Shown here in pieces: positions 28,601 through 41,620 of a stretch of 64,000 bases of DNA. Below the pieces are notes generated by a model, which searched no databases, was not told the origin of the DNA, and saw only the letters and a program-made list of their open reading frames with translations. Positions within the stretch are counted from its first letter, which is position 1. Each line of letters starts with the position of its first letter. A program made the translations under genes and the position numbers. The stretch lies in NCBI RefSeq assembly GCF_964194025.1, contig NC_134475.1:44206001-44270000 (forward strand). Direction: 5' to 3'. The stretch comes from Convolutriloba macropyga. Lineage: Eukaryota.

Positions 28601-29452
28601 CGGAGCTTCCTCCGGCCGCGAGAAGTACCGACGACAGTGCCGAAACGGATGACTATTCTGGCTGAGCTTGTTGTGTTACTGCCAGCTGGCTCCGACAAGC
28701 AGTCTCCCAATGTCCTTTCTTTTGGCATTTATGACAACTGTCGTTCCAAGCTGGGCAGTTTCGTCGCGGATGGCCACGAAGTCCGCAAAACTGGCATTTA
28801 TTTCGAACTTGTCCTCCTTCATTGACAGTACTAGTTGGCGGTCGACCTGTGGCGCACAACTCTGATGCCGCCTCCGATGATGACACAGACGAGTCCAGTC
28901 CTTCAGTTCCACGAAAACTTCGGTTGTAGTCTGATGACAGTTCAATAGCGCTTGCAAGTGAAATGCAATTCTCCAGAGTTGCATCTTCGTCCGTTTGCTC
29001 CAGAAGTCGCATGCGAATGATATCCGATCTCACGCCCGCAACGAGGGCGTCCCGAATCAGGAGCTGTTGATGTTCCTGAATATTGACGGCTTTGCATTCG
29101 CACTTTTGCAGTAGAATTTTCAATATATTGATGAAATCCGAAATAGACTCATCCGATTTCTGACGGCATGAGAGGAGCTGATGACGGGCATATATGATCC
29201 TAGTGGGTTTCTTGAAGTGCTTTTCCAGTATGGAAATGGCCTCGTTGTATGAAGGAGCGTGTTCCAAGATGGCAAAAAATCCGAACCTACATGCGAAATC
29301 AAAAAGGTCAGTTTGTGTTCGTCTTCTGTGATTTTGTTGACATCCAATCCCTTGGAGAAACAGTCTTTCCACCAGCGCCATTGTTCTGGAGTCGGACTTG
29401 AAGGAAGTTGTGGCGGCTTGAACTTCATGGCATTCACAACGTTGAGTTAAAT

Positions 29453-29586
29453 TGTAGTGGAAAACAGGCTTTGTCTTAAAGCTTTAACTCAACGTTGGTT
29501 CTGAAAGATACACGATATCAAACACATAAAGAAATGCAGGAATAAGAACAAGGAATGGTAGATTATTTATAACGACTATCACAACA
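29453..29586 (-). repeat. 5' LTR (134 bp)
   Basis: Direct repeat of 25551-25684; contains TATAAATA on the minus strand; followed by gag ATG at 29428. Confidence 0.95.
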
Positions 29587-30879
29587 AAACTGAAAGCAAA
29601 AGGACCTAACAGGATAGGCAACGACCTCTTAGTTGAACTAGCCCCAACAACTCGCTTGCATTCCATTTTAACAACTATCGAAAGAACAAATTGACCCCAG
29701 TGCTAGGAAAACTAGAGAGTGCTCCAATCTCAAAGCATGGAGATGGCGAAGCAGTCTCAAACTACCGAACCATCAACCTCCTTTCTATTGTCTCAAAGTA
29801 CTTGAGAAAAATTGTTCGACAAACTCCTCATAGTCATCTAACCGCAGCTCTCCGATCAAATGCACGGATTCCGAAGGCAGAGACTATTATCAACAAACCA
29901 TATAAACTATATTCATGACTTTTTTTTTATTAAGATAATGTCAATTGTTCCTATCTAATCTCTTTCTATTTTGACTGTCAAAAAGCCTTTGACAAAAAAA
30001 ACACTCAACTTGTAGAGAAGCTCCAGATGTACGCCGTACACGGCGCAAGTCTGAAGCTCGAAGAAAGCTATCTCACAGGACAACCACAACGCTCAAAGAT
30101 TGAAAGTTCCGACTATTACTCTTCAATGTACCGTGGAACTCCCCATGGTTCTCTCTTGGGCCCCAACTTCTTTCTTGCTTTTGCAAATGACCAGCCAAAT
30201 TGTGTCATGTCACTAAGCTCTAGCTACGCAGAGAACTGCAAAGTAATTGGGCCAAAACCCGTTAAAAATGCGATTGACATCAAGATCTGGAAATGGTTTG
30301 AAACAAATTCTTTGGCTTTTTGCCCTTAAAAAGCATCTATGCCATCAAAATATATCTGGAAAAACACTAGGAATATGGAAGGAAACGGACGACTGGGGCC
30401 TGACGGTGTCACAAAATTGTACCTGGTCATTGCAAGCTAAAAGAGATATTTTTAGGGCGTTGAAATGTCTTTACATTCTCCAGAAAAATATTACAATTTC
30501 GGGCTCGAGCACTAAGATTGCTTTTGAAAATTACGTGGAAGTTACGTTGTTTTGTTAGTCAGCTTTGGTAGCTCTTTCCAGATTTCGAGCTAAAGATTTC
30601 GAGCCCACAACACTTTTATTACGTGGAATTTAAAGTGGTGGTAGTTGTAAAAGACTTCTATTTCTTTGATAGGATAATACAACATTATAAAATAAGTAAG
30701 CATTGTTTTCGTGGGTCATGTATAAGAAATAACGTAAGCAAATACTGTAAAAATGAACTAAAACATTAGAATAGTGCCTATCCTGCGCAAAAACTACACC
30801 TACATTCTAGAGCCCAAGTATACGTATTATTGATGTCATATTTCATTTTTGTCAAGTTCAAAAGACATCTATGTATAAG

Positions 30880-33800
30880 ATCTTGACATGGGTTTTTCGA
30901 TTTTCAGCTGCTTTTACCGACATTCAGGAGACCAGCTGCGTCATTGACCAAAATTGGTACTCGGAAGAAGACGGACTTCTCAGTATGAAGAAATCATTAA
31001 AATTTAGAGAGTTTTGCTCGTTCATTATAGCAAAGAAGAAACGTAACTCACTCTCAATCAGATGATAGGCAACTGGCAGTGAATTCGATGTAATCAAAAA
31101 GCCAGTATAGTCACCAGGTCCATAGCACCACCTAAGGCCTTGTAGGTTCAAGAGTTCCAACTTGCGCAAATGGTTAATGTCCCGGAACCAGGGAGAATAG
31201 CCATATAACAAGACTGACAGAACACAATCTTTGTATAAATTAAAATTAACACCAGAGGATAGACCGTATGGAACGTTATGTTCCAAATAATTTAGAGCTC
31301 TCCGAGCTTTTACAAGTCTAATTTTAACACGATAGCTCCACTTCAATCCCAAATTTGTTTTTTGGTCAACTCGAGATAAATCGTCCCTTCCAATAAATAA
31401 GGAATACGTAGAAGTCCGGCTGAAATGAGGATAAACACATTAGATAGCATTGAAGTTAATAGAATTGCAAAATGGTCACAGACTTAGCGCCTGTAAATCA
31501 CTTTGAACTGCGCGTAGGTGCTTGCTGCGATGAGTGCTTGCTGCAGACTAGTTTGGTGCCATCAGCAAAGCAATATACTTTAGAATATTTAGGGATATCA
31601 AGCATATCATCGATATAAATTAAGAACAAGATAGGCCCCAATACGCTCCCTGCTGCACGCCACTGCTGACATTTGAGACGTCTGAGAGGCTGTTCCCAAC
31701 TTTAATTCTTTGTATTCTACATTCTAAGTATGACGAGAGCAATTGTTACAAAATCTTTTTTTTCAGAACCAAAAGATGCTATTTTAAAGAGCAGACAGGA
31801 ATAGTCGACAGGGTCACACGCTAAGCAAAAGTCAGAAGCACAACTTGTTCCACATTTTCGTCGAAACTCAAGTACAAATCCTTTAGAAAAAGGACCAGTT
31901 GCGTCACCCTAGAATGCTTCGTACGAAAACCAAGCTGCCTTGCATTAAGAACTTTCCTAACTTTTCCGTATATGTACATAAAGAGAATCTTTTCGGAGAT
32001 AAGAGAAACCCTTGGAAGTATAGATACTGGTCGGTAACCTTTGACATTTGCTCTTGATCCCTTTTAAAAAACTGGCGTGACAAAGGCACCCTTCCAAGTA
32101 TCAGGCCATTTTTGAGTTTTGACAACGTACCAAAACATAAGGCACAGTAACTTGGACAATGTATCAGCTGCATTATTCAAGATAGTTGGTGGTACCCCGT
32201 CACAAACTGCTATGGAACTATCGGACATTTTTGCCAGCAGATGTGAATTTCGTTTAAGCTAAGTTCAATTTCCGAGAGCTTGACCAATTTTCCAAATGGT
32301 AAATCGTCTGTAGAAAAGGTAGCCTTAAGAAGGAAGACCGAATGAAGGTACCGGTTAATTAAATTGTCCTTATCAAAATCATTCGAAGCCTCTAAGTTAT
32401 TGTAAAAAGTTTACCAGGCAGACAGCTATTACCATTCAACTTTTTAAGCAAGGAAAACATTGTCACTGGTACTGAAACTCTTAACACTGTTAAGAAACAC
32501 TTGTTTATCCATATCTATTAAAATTGTTTGTTCGTTTTCAAGGCTTTGAACGCTACTTTTTTTACTTTTTCTCGAAAAGTCCAATTTGTTCAAACAGTGC
32601 ATCGTTGCCGAACAATAAACGAACGGTGCATCAATCCTTCTCTTGTGGTTCATATTGACACTTATTTGAAGGGCTCTTTCCAAGAACTTACATTATCTAG
32701 AGATAAACGCTGGACGTGAATTGGGGCAATCGTGCGCTAGCAAATTTGTGATTGGAATATTTTGAACAAGAAACTTTGCATTGAATGAGGAGAATGAAAA
32801 AGCACTCCATGAGCAATGATTTTATCGAATACCTTCTAAAGTCAGAAACATATTATTATTATTAGAGCAACTGGAGTTTTTGAAAACAAAATCCCAATCC
32901 CATGGTTTGGAGCCAAAAACCAGGTCAAAATTGTTTCCTGCTCTATGAGTGGGTTGATCAATTATTTATTAAAAAAAACTGCTCGGTTATGAACTCCATG
33001 AGAGTCTGCCCATCCGAGTGTGCCAATGACATACATTCCCATTGTACGCTCGGGTAAACAAAAATCTCCTAAGATTAGCCACTGTATCAAATGTGAGCTT
33101 TTCAATTTCAATTTGTGTTCTACTTCACTCATGCCATCGCGAATTTTGAGTTATGCAATAATTTTTTTGACCTAAAAGAGAATAATACAAAGTTTTGGGC
33201 TCGCGTATGTAAATAACACGACGCAATCATTTTCGGATTTTCAGGATTATTTGATTTGGATATCTCTCATGAAATTATTTTGAAATGCAATGGGGATTCC
33301 TCCATGATAACCGTTGATCCAATCTGATCGCAGAATTGCAGAGTACGGATTGCCAACAAAAATAGCACTATCATAAATCGATTTATCAAGCCAAATTTCA
33401 GTAGGACAAGCAGTTGCAGGAGATAGCATAGACATATGGCTACAAACTGATAGCCCGTTCTCAATGGATAGGATACTCAGCACATTCATGAGAAGTACGG
33501 AAGTGAAGGCAAGTACTGAACTTGTAGTCATTTCTCCTCCTCGCAAACTCGGCCCTATCTTATTCTGTACGTAATTGCGGAGTTTTGACTCTCCAATTGT
33601 CGTTTTTCATTTCGCAGGTTATATTGTTGCACGTGCTCCGCTCGTGTTATATTGAACGACACATATATACTCGAGAAATTGGGACATTTTTGAAGATTGC
33701 CAGATTTTCGTAGAAACACTTTCCTTTTCATCTGCTCCCTAAATTTGAGTAACAGCTACTGCTACTGATGCCTGGTTGATTCTTGGGCTCTTCCTATTCT

Positions 33801-34300
33801 TTTCAGTTCCACATCATTTGCTTAAATTTTCACGTCCCATGTTTTAGCTAACTCTTGGACAATAGTTGCGTCCTTTTTTAAATCTGACGGTTTGGTTCCT
33901 TTCACAAAAGGTTCCTTTTTGCATCCTCGCGTGCCTGCTCCTGCTGAACCTCAGCGAATAATGTAGCTCGAGTTTGCTGTGTATTTCTAATTGAATTTGT
34001 AACAGCTGAGGAGTATGTCTTTTGATAGTCAGTTCTACTGCTGGCAGCGCAAAATCCGCAAAGAAAGAGTGGAGAACAATCGAAGCTCGAGGGAACATAT
34101 ACTTTCGTTTGATCAATTGTCTCTTATGCGGGGCATACGTTTTTCGATCAAGTCAGTGTCTTGCTTTTTAGTTCGTTTCGACATTGGGCAGACAGTTTTT
34201 CGAAGCTATATATAAAAGAAAACATGAAATCAGTCAAACAGATTCGGAGAACCTCACGCCAAATGTTTTATCTGAATCCGGGGACTAACTTATGAATGCT
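30880..34300 (-). mobile_element. near full-length decayed CR1-like LINE (ORF1 + APE-RT ORF2)
   Basis: Minus-strand ORF1 C-terminus (LKRIGR..LLLKF..IYVSFNITRAE), endonuclease motifs (CPTEIWL, RSD....HGG, LILGDF, GNNFDLV), RT remnants (SVLGPILFLIYIDD, FADGT) and C-terminal region; many stops. Ends approximate. Confidence 0.8.
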
Positions 34301-34962
34301 AATTGTAAGTGCTTCAAATTATGTCAACAAAGCAATTGCGAAAAACCCTTAGCCCAAATGCTTTTAAAAATTTGTATTTTGAAGGCTGTAACTGAAGCAC
34401 TGTTATTCCAAAACTGTGATAAATTGCAGCGATTACCCCGAAAAGATACCTTCTGCCGGAAACTGAAATTTCCTATAACTGGGGCTACCCAAAAAATGTC
34501 CGGCCTCTATTGATCCAGTAATTGCAATCATCGCAATAATTGCAATCAGAAGCTGAAACCAAAGTAAATAGCCTCCCGGGTGCACCTGGAGACTATTTAA
34601 TGAGTTTATCACCACAATTAGTCAAATGTCAACTATTTAAAAAGTTTATCAGAACAATTAGTCAACATTATTCAAATGTTGAGCAGAGAGAGATTGAGCT
34701 ACAATGACTGTCGGCTCAAACCGCAAGTCCTTCTGCTCTAAATCTGCCAGAGAGTGCGAGCGTGTCCTCCTTTTTGGCCAAATCTTGACTAAAAAAATTA
34801 ACATGGACTTACGAAGGACTGTAAGTGTCTCAAAATTTGGCATATCCAGAACTGCATTGACACAAAACTTCACACCTACGAATTTTTGCTTGAAGAAATG
34901 CAAATCTCACCTTTTATTGCGAGCATGTTATTTGGCGAACACAAGCAGCGACTTGGGGCAAT

Positions 34963-36276
34963 CGTGAATTGGGGCAATCGTGCGCTAGCAAATTTGTGAT
35001 TGGAATATTTTGAACAAGAAACTTTGCATTGAATGAGGAGAATGAAAAAGCACTCCATGAGCAATGATTTTATCGAATACCTTCTAAAGTCAGAAACATA
35101 TTAATATTATTAGAGCAACTGGAGTTTTTGAAAACAAAATCCCAATCCCATGGTTTGGAGCCAAAAACCAGGTCAAAATTGTTTCCTGCTCTATGAGTGG
35201 GTTGATCAATTATTTATTAAAAAAAACTGCTCGGTTATGAACTCCATGAGAGTCTGCCCATCCGAGTGTGCCAATGACATACATTCCCATTGTACGCTCG
35301 GGTAAACAAAAATCTCCTAAGATTAGCCACTGTATCAAATGTGAGCTTTTCAATTTCAATTTTTGTTCTACTTCACTCATGCCATCGCGAATTTTGAGTT
35401 ATGCAATAGTTCTTTTGACCTAAAAGAGAATAATACAAAGTTTTGGGCTCGCGTATGTAAATAACACGACGCAATCATTTTCGGATTTTTAGGATTATTT
35501 GATTTGGATATCTCTCAAGAAATTATTTTGAAATGCAATGGGGATTCCTCCATGATAACCGTTGATCCAATCTGATCGCAGAATTGCAGAGTACGGATTG
35601 CCAACAAAAACAGCACTATCATAAATCGATTTATCAAGCCAAATTTCAGTAGGACAAGCAATTGCAGGAGATAGCATAGACATATGGCTACAAAGTGATA
35701 GCCCGTTCTCAATGGATAGGATACTCAGCACATTCATGAGAAGTACGGAAGTGAAGGTAAGTACTGAACTTGTAGTCATTTCTCCTCCTCGCAAACTCGG
35801 CCCTATCTTATTCTGTACGTAATTCCGGAGTTTTGACTCTCCAATTGTCGTTTTTCATTTCGCAGGTTATATTGTTGCACGTGCTCCGCTCGAGTTGTAT
35901 TGAACGACACATATATACTCGAGAAATTGGGAAATTTTCGAAGATTGCCAGATTTTCGTAGAAACACTTTCCTTTTCATCTGCTCCCTAAATTTGAGTAA
36001 CAGCTACTGCTACTGATGCCTGGTTGATTCTTGGGCTCTTCCTATTCTTTTCAGTTCCACATCATTTGCTTAAATTTTCACGTCCCATGTTTTAGCTAAC
36101 TCTTGGACAATAGTTGCGTCCTTTTTTAAATCTGACGGTTTGGTTCCTTTCACAAAAGGTTCCTTTTTTGCATCCTCGCGAGCCTGCTCCTGCTGAACCT
36201 CAGCGAAAAATGTAGCTCGAGTTTGCTGTGTATTTCTAATTGAATTTGTAACAGCTGAGGAGTATGTCTTTTGATA
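34963..36276 (-). repeat. duplicate of LINE segment 32715-34027 (ORF1 3' part + endonuclease)
   Basis: Near-identical 1.31-kb direct repeat at ~2.25-kb offset; duplicated ORFs in the track (33247/35495). Confidence 0.95.
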
Positions 36277-39200
36277 TAATGGCCCAATCTGAGACATTTT
36301 TGTTCTTTCGGTTCCAGCAGGGAGCTGAATTCTCCCACGCATTGGTTTCCTGGAAATGAGCATCGTCATTTTCTGATATATTTTTTTTCATATTGAGCTC
36401 AAGCTATCAATCGTCTGCCGCTATTCTATTGCTGGTTTCGAAATTGATCGGTTCCTTTTCTAGCATTAATATTCTTTGTTTAAACCGTGCCTGTTCTAGT
36501 CCCAACGCCATTTCAAGTTCTTTATCTAATTTTGTCGTATACTGTCCTTTGTTTGTTTTCATCTAATTTCACATCTTCTGTGATCGCAAAATGACAGCAA
36601 TTATTCTTCTTTGTCCGTTATTATGGTTCTACTGCCTTACCATCCTGGTTCCGTTAAGGAGGCGAAAAGTTTATTTCGCTTTACTTACTTGTTTTCTAAT
36701 GGGCGTTGTTTCTCATAAACATCTTTTCCAAGGATGGTTCGAACTACAACCAATTTGACATTTTCGTTTTGCTGAACACTGAGTTGATTTGGGTTTTGCT
36801 TCAGCTTGTTGTAGACACACTTCGTGTATCCAAACAAAATTGATGGCTTTTCATATGAATCAACCAAATGCAGCTTTCAAGTTTGTCCATTATTTTCCAT
36901 AGGAAAGTTGTCTCTCCTCAGATAGATCTTTCATTCAATGTATGCCAGCTGAACATTACGTCGACTGAACATTGATACATATGGGAGAAAAAATCTTTGT
37001 TCAAACTGTCACCAACTCTTTTTTTTAAACAGAAAGTATCTGGAGAAAGCTCGAACTTTTTTGCTACTTTCGTTATTTGTGGCTGAGCTTACGTTGTTGC
37101 CTCCTCATCCCAGGGTAATAATCATTCATAATCACGTTCCTGAACAATGGATTGTCCAATCTTACTTAAGTTTTTTTAAATAGTGGGCATCAACTGTTGC
37201 AATTGCTTCGTTTCTTTCACATTGGATTTTGCACTGAGAATCGATGTCTTCAAGACCCGTCTTTTTCTTTTAGCAGCAAAAGGTTGCGCTACTTGCTAAC
37301 TTCATTTATACTGTACCCGTTGAATTACAATATTTGCATGTCATTTGAACAGACACCCATGACATAAGCGTTGCTTCCTTGCTACAGGGTACTTATCTAA
37401 CAGACTTATGTTCCTGAACAATGGATCGTCCCATATTTTTTAAGTGCTTCAAGTAGTGTGCACCAATCTTCTAGCAATTGCTTCGCATCTTTTACATTGG
37501 CACTTGTTTTGAAGTTCTAGTACAGTTAGTTTGTCTTTTTTTGTGACCCTTGGAAAGTTGAAAACTCTTCAAGTGCGTTTGTCATTCCAGTTAGAGAATT
37601 TGAAGAAATAATCATATCAACCAAGTCATCATCTTTATGGTCAATATAGAGCCACACTTTTCCTTGAAGTAGCTTAGAAGTAGAACCAACTTTAAGTAGG
37701 TCATCTCCTTCGGAATAATGACTCAAGTTTGGTTGCAGGTTGCCAAATTGTCTGTTTTCTTTTAATTCATCTCTTTGGCCACATTGGAAAACGGGACTGA
37801 GAATCAGGAGCCATCAATTGAATTGCCTGCTGAATACATTCTAGCTGCTTAAAACTTCGATGTTTGCTTGAATTTTTTCAAATGTCCTCTCGCGAATGAT
37901 TCAGTCAGCGCAAAAGAACTTTTCAGAATACCCCATTCCATATTTTGCAGACAATGTTTTGCGGTTTTGCCTGTTGGCAGGATTTACAGATAGCTTATTT
38001 TCCATGAGCCTGCTGTTGGTTGTTGGTCCACTATAGTAAGAGATATACTAGACCACTCTTTCCATTCCACAGAATTTTCATAAAAATTGTTCACTTTAAG
38101 TTTCAGTAGGTTGTTCCCACCTTAGTGTAAACCAGCTCTGGGAGACCCGGCCCATAATGCATCTCTTTCTGAAACATCACCTGAGTTTGATACCTTGAGA
38201 GGGTCATATGGCAGCTCAGTTCATGGGACATTAGTCCAATCTGATACATTTTTTAGGGCGGCAGCTGGAAGAAGAGTTTTTCCGCGCACTGTTTCGCTAG
38301 AAATGAACATCATCTTCATCGAGCGCCGCTCTTCTCATATTGCACGATAGCTCACATTCGTCGGTCGGAAGAGGATTATTGATATCGAGTTTCTTTGTTT
38401 TCATTTATAGCATTAGCTTTCTTCGGTCAAAATTTCCCTGTTCTAGTACCTACGTCACTTCAAATTCGTTATCTAATTTCCTCTTCCGCTTTCGTTTGTT
38501 TATTTTCTGGTAATTTCACATCTTCTCTGAACACAAAATGACACTATTTTTTCTCCTTTGTGATTATGGTTCTACTGCCTAAATATCCTAGTTCCACTAT
38601 GGAAGCAAAAAGTTTTTTCTTTACCTACTTATTTTCCAATAGGCGTTGTTCCTAATAAGCATCTTGTCCAAGGATGCAACTTCAATCAATTTGATGATGT
38701 TGTTTTGCGCAACAATGCGTCGATTTAAGCTTTGCTCCAGCTTGTTGTAGACACACTTCGTGATTCCAAACAAAATTGAAGGTTTTTCATATGCATCAAT
38801 CAAATGCAGGTTTCAATTTTTTCCATCGTTTTGATAGGAAAATTTTCTCTCCTCAGATAGATCTTACATTCCATGGATGCCCGCTAAAGATTACGTCGAC
38901 TGAACACTGATACATATGGGAGAAAAAAATCTTTGTTCAAACTTTCAGCAACTCTCTTTTTTAAACAGAAAAAATCTGAACAAAATCTCGAATTTTTGCA
39001 ACCTTCGTTGTTTTTGGTCGCACTTGCGTCGCTGCTTCCGCACTTCAGGGAAATAATCATTCAGACACACGTTCCTGAACACTGGATCGTCCAATATTAC
39101 GTAATTGTTTTAAATAGTGGACATCAACTCTTGCAATTGTTTCGTTTCTTTCACAGTGGAATTTTGCACTGAAATTCGATGTCTTCTAGAACCGCCTTTC

Positions 39201-41620
39201 TCTATTAGTGATTTTTTCCTTCAGACTCGATTGTCATTTTAGATAGCGAATTTGAAATATAATCAGATCAAATATTTCTTCATATTTATAATCAATAGAG
39301 AGCCACACACTTCTTTGCAACTTGAGGTGATTTATCTGCTGCCGATAAATGTCTCAATCTCGTTGCACATCAACAAATAGTCTGTTTTCTTTTCATTGAT
39401 ATCGCTGGCCACATTGGAAATCAGGACTATGAAATTGAACCGACCTGAATCATGAACTTTCACTTGACTTGCCTGGTGAATACTCTCTAGCTTCGCGACG
39501 ATGATCACCTGAAGACTTTCAAATATGCCCTCTAGGATGCCCCAGGCCACGCAATAGAACTTATCATTATAACGCATTACAGATTTTGCTGACATTGAAT
39601 TGCTTGTTAGCAGACTTTTGAGATGGCTTAATTTCTCTGAGCCTAATAGTGGCCCTAACTAAACTAGACCACTGTTTCATTCGTCTAAGTTTTCTTCAAA
39701 GCTGTGCAACTTAGCCTTAATTAGATTACTCCCACATTACTATTCGCCAATTTATCGGAAAATAGATCTGGGAAACGCGTCCCAATTGAATCTTGATACC
39801 GTCCAAAGGCAATAAGACTGCTCAGTTCAGGGACTGCTTCGCAGCAAGATCTAAGTGGATCGTGCGTTAGCAGGTTATGAATTCTATTGGCTCAATCTGT
39901 GAAATTTTTTAGGGGGCAAGTTGGAAGAAGAATTTTTCCGCGCACTGTTCAGCCAGAAATGAAGAAATGAACATCATCTTTTTCTAATGCCGTTCTTTTC
40001 ATATTGCGCGCTAGCTCACACTCTTCTGTCACTAGATAATTATTGGTTTCAACTTCCTTCATTTTCCTTTTTAGCACTTGCTTTCTTCGTTCAAAATTTG
40101 CCTGTTCTAGCACCTACGTCACTTCATATTATTTATCTAGTTTCCTCTTCCGCTCTCGTTTGTTTCTTTTCAGCTAATTTCATATATTCTGTGAACACAA
40201 AATGACCGTGTTTTTTCTTTTTTGCCCGTTATTATGTGTCTACTGCCTAGCCATCCTAGTTCTGTTAAAGAGGCGAAAAGTTTACTTCACTTTTCTAGCT
40301 TGTTTTCCAATGGGCGTTGTTCCTCAAATGCATTTTGACCAAGAATGATGTTCACTTCAATCAATTTGATGATTTTTTTTGTGGAACACTGGGGCGATTT
40401 AAGATTTGCTTCAGCTTGATGTCATACTTTGTGTTCCCAAACGAAATTGACGGGTTTTCAAATGCATCAATCAAATGCAGCTTTGAATGTTGTCCTTTTG
40501 TTTTGATATGCGGTGCTTAACGTCGGCTCATTGGCTCGTAAGTTTTCAGCCTTTTTTGATCGATGAATGATATCACTGGTTCACTAGGGGGGAAAAATAT
40601 TTTCAAACTATCGCCAGCTGTCTTTTTTGAGAAAGAAATTATTTGAAGAAAGCCCATATTTTGTGTTGTTCTTGATGTTTGTTGCTGCTCTTACGTTGAC
40701 GGCGTGCTTGATGTCTTAAATTGAGTTTTTCATTGCAAAAACCATTTGCGCTTCTTGCTAAGTTTATTCATACTGCACGCGTTGACTATACAATATTTGA
40801 TTTCTGTCATTTGAACAGACATCCGTGGCATAAGCGTTGCTTCCTGACTTTAGGGTAATAATCATTCAGACTCAGGTTCCTGAAGAATGGATCGTCCAAT
40901 ATTCCGTGAGTTATTTAAATAGTGGGCATCAACCTTCTTGTTTGCTTCGTTTGTTCACAATGTAAATTGCACTGGAGTTCATTTTCTTCTGTGAAACCGC
41001 TTGTATCTATTAATTAGTCTTCATTTTTCTTGTTTTTGTGTTTCTCTCGAAGCTGAAAACCCTTCAAACACGATTGCATTTCCAGATAGCGAATTTGGAA
41101 AAAAAAACAATCAGATCAGTCAAGTTTTCAAATTTATCGTCAATATAGAGCCACAATTTTCTTTGAGAACTGAAGATAGTTTATCTCCGACCAAATAATG
41201 TCCCAAGTTTGGTTGCAAATCAATTATTGTCTCTTTTCTTTTCGTTGATCTCGTTGGCCACAATGAAAACCAGGACTAAGAGGTTAATCAGACCCGAATC
41301 ATGAAGCTTCACTTGACTTGCCTGGTAAACACCTCTAGCTTCGCAACGATGATCACCTGAAGACTTTCAAATATCGTTTATAGGATGCTCCAGGCGACGC
41401 AATAGAATTTATCAGAATAATGCATTCTAGATTTGGCTGACATTGATTTGCTTTTTAATACATTTTTCAGAGGACCCATTTTCTCCGAGCCTGATAGCGG
41501 CCGTTGGTTCCTCTGTAGTAATAAATATACTCGTCCACTCTAGTTTCTTTTTTTCAGCTATTTTCACGTCTTCTGTGAACACGAATTGACAGTATTTTGT
41601 CTTTTTTGCCCGTTATTTTT
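36277..41620 (-). pseudogene. three diverged tandem copies (~1.7-1.95 kb) of a decayed coding-like sequence, family unknown
   Basis: Shared landmarks recur at ~36283, ~38237, ~39893; homologous minus-strand peptides (YEKPSILFG.TKCVYNKL; ILDDPVFRN.CLNDY) recur but are broken by stops and frameshifts. Confidence 0.55.

Larger units (their letters stand above)
25551..29586 (-). mobile_element. complete small Ty3/Gypsy LTR retrotransposon (gag-PR-RT-RH-IN), recently inserted but inactivated
   Basis: 134-bp LTRs 25551-25684 and 29453-29586 (TG...CA, 2 mismatches), TSD AAACT on both sides, PPT next to 25684; gag with two CCHC knuckles, protease LVDSGA, RT YLDD, RNase H TDAS..EREALA, integrase H.RLCH..C..C / DDE. 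One frameshift (~29275) and in-frame stops at 28653, 27438, 26634. Confidence 0.97.
25170..30560 (+). mobile_element. decayed CR1/L2-like LINE ORF2, interrupted by the Gypsy insertion
   Basis: RT motifs right of the Gypsy (KAKGPNRIGN, VSNYRTINLLSIVSK, D.QKAFD, GTPHGSLLGP) with many frameshifts; linker-like ORF left of the Gypsy. Left boundary approximate. Confidence 0.75.
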
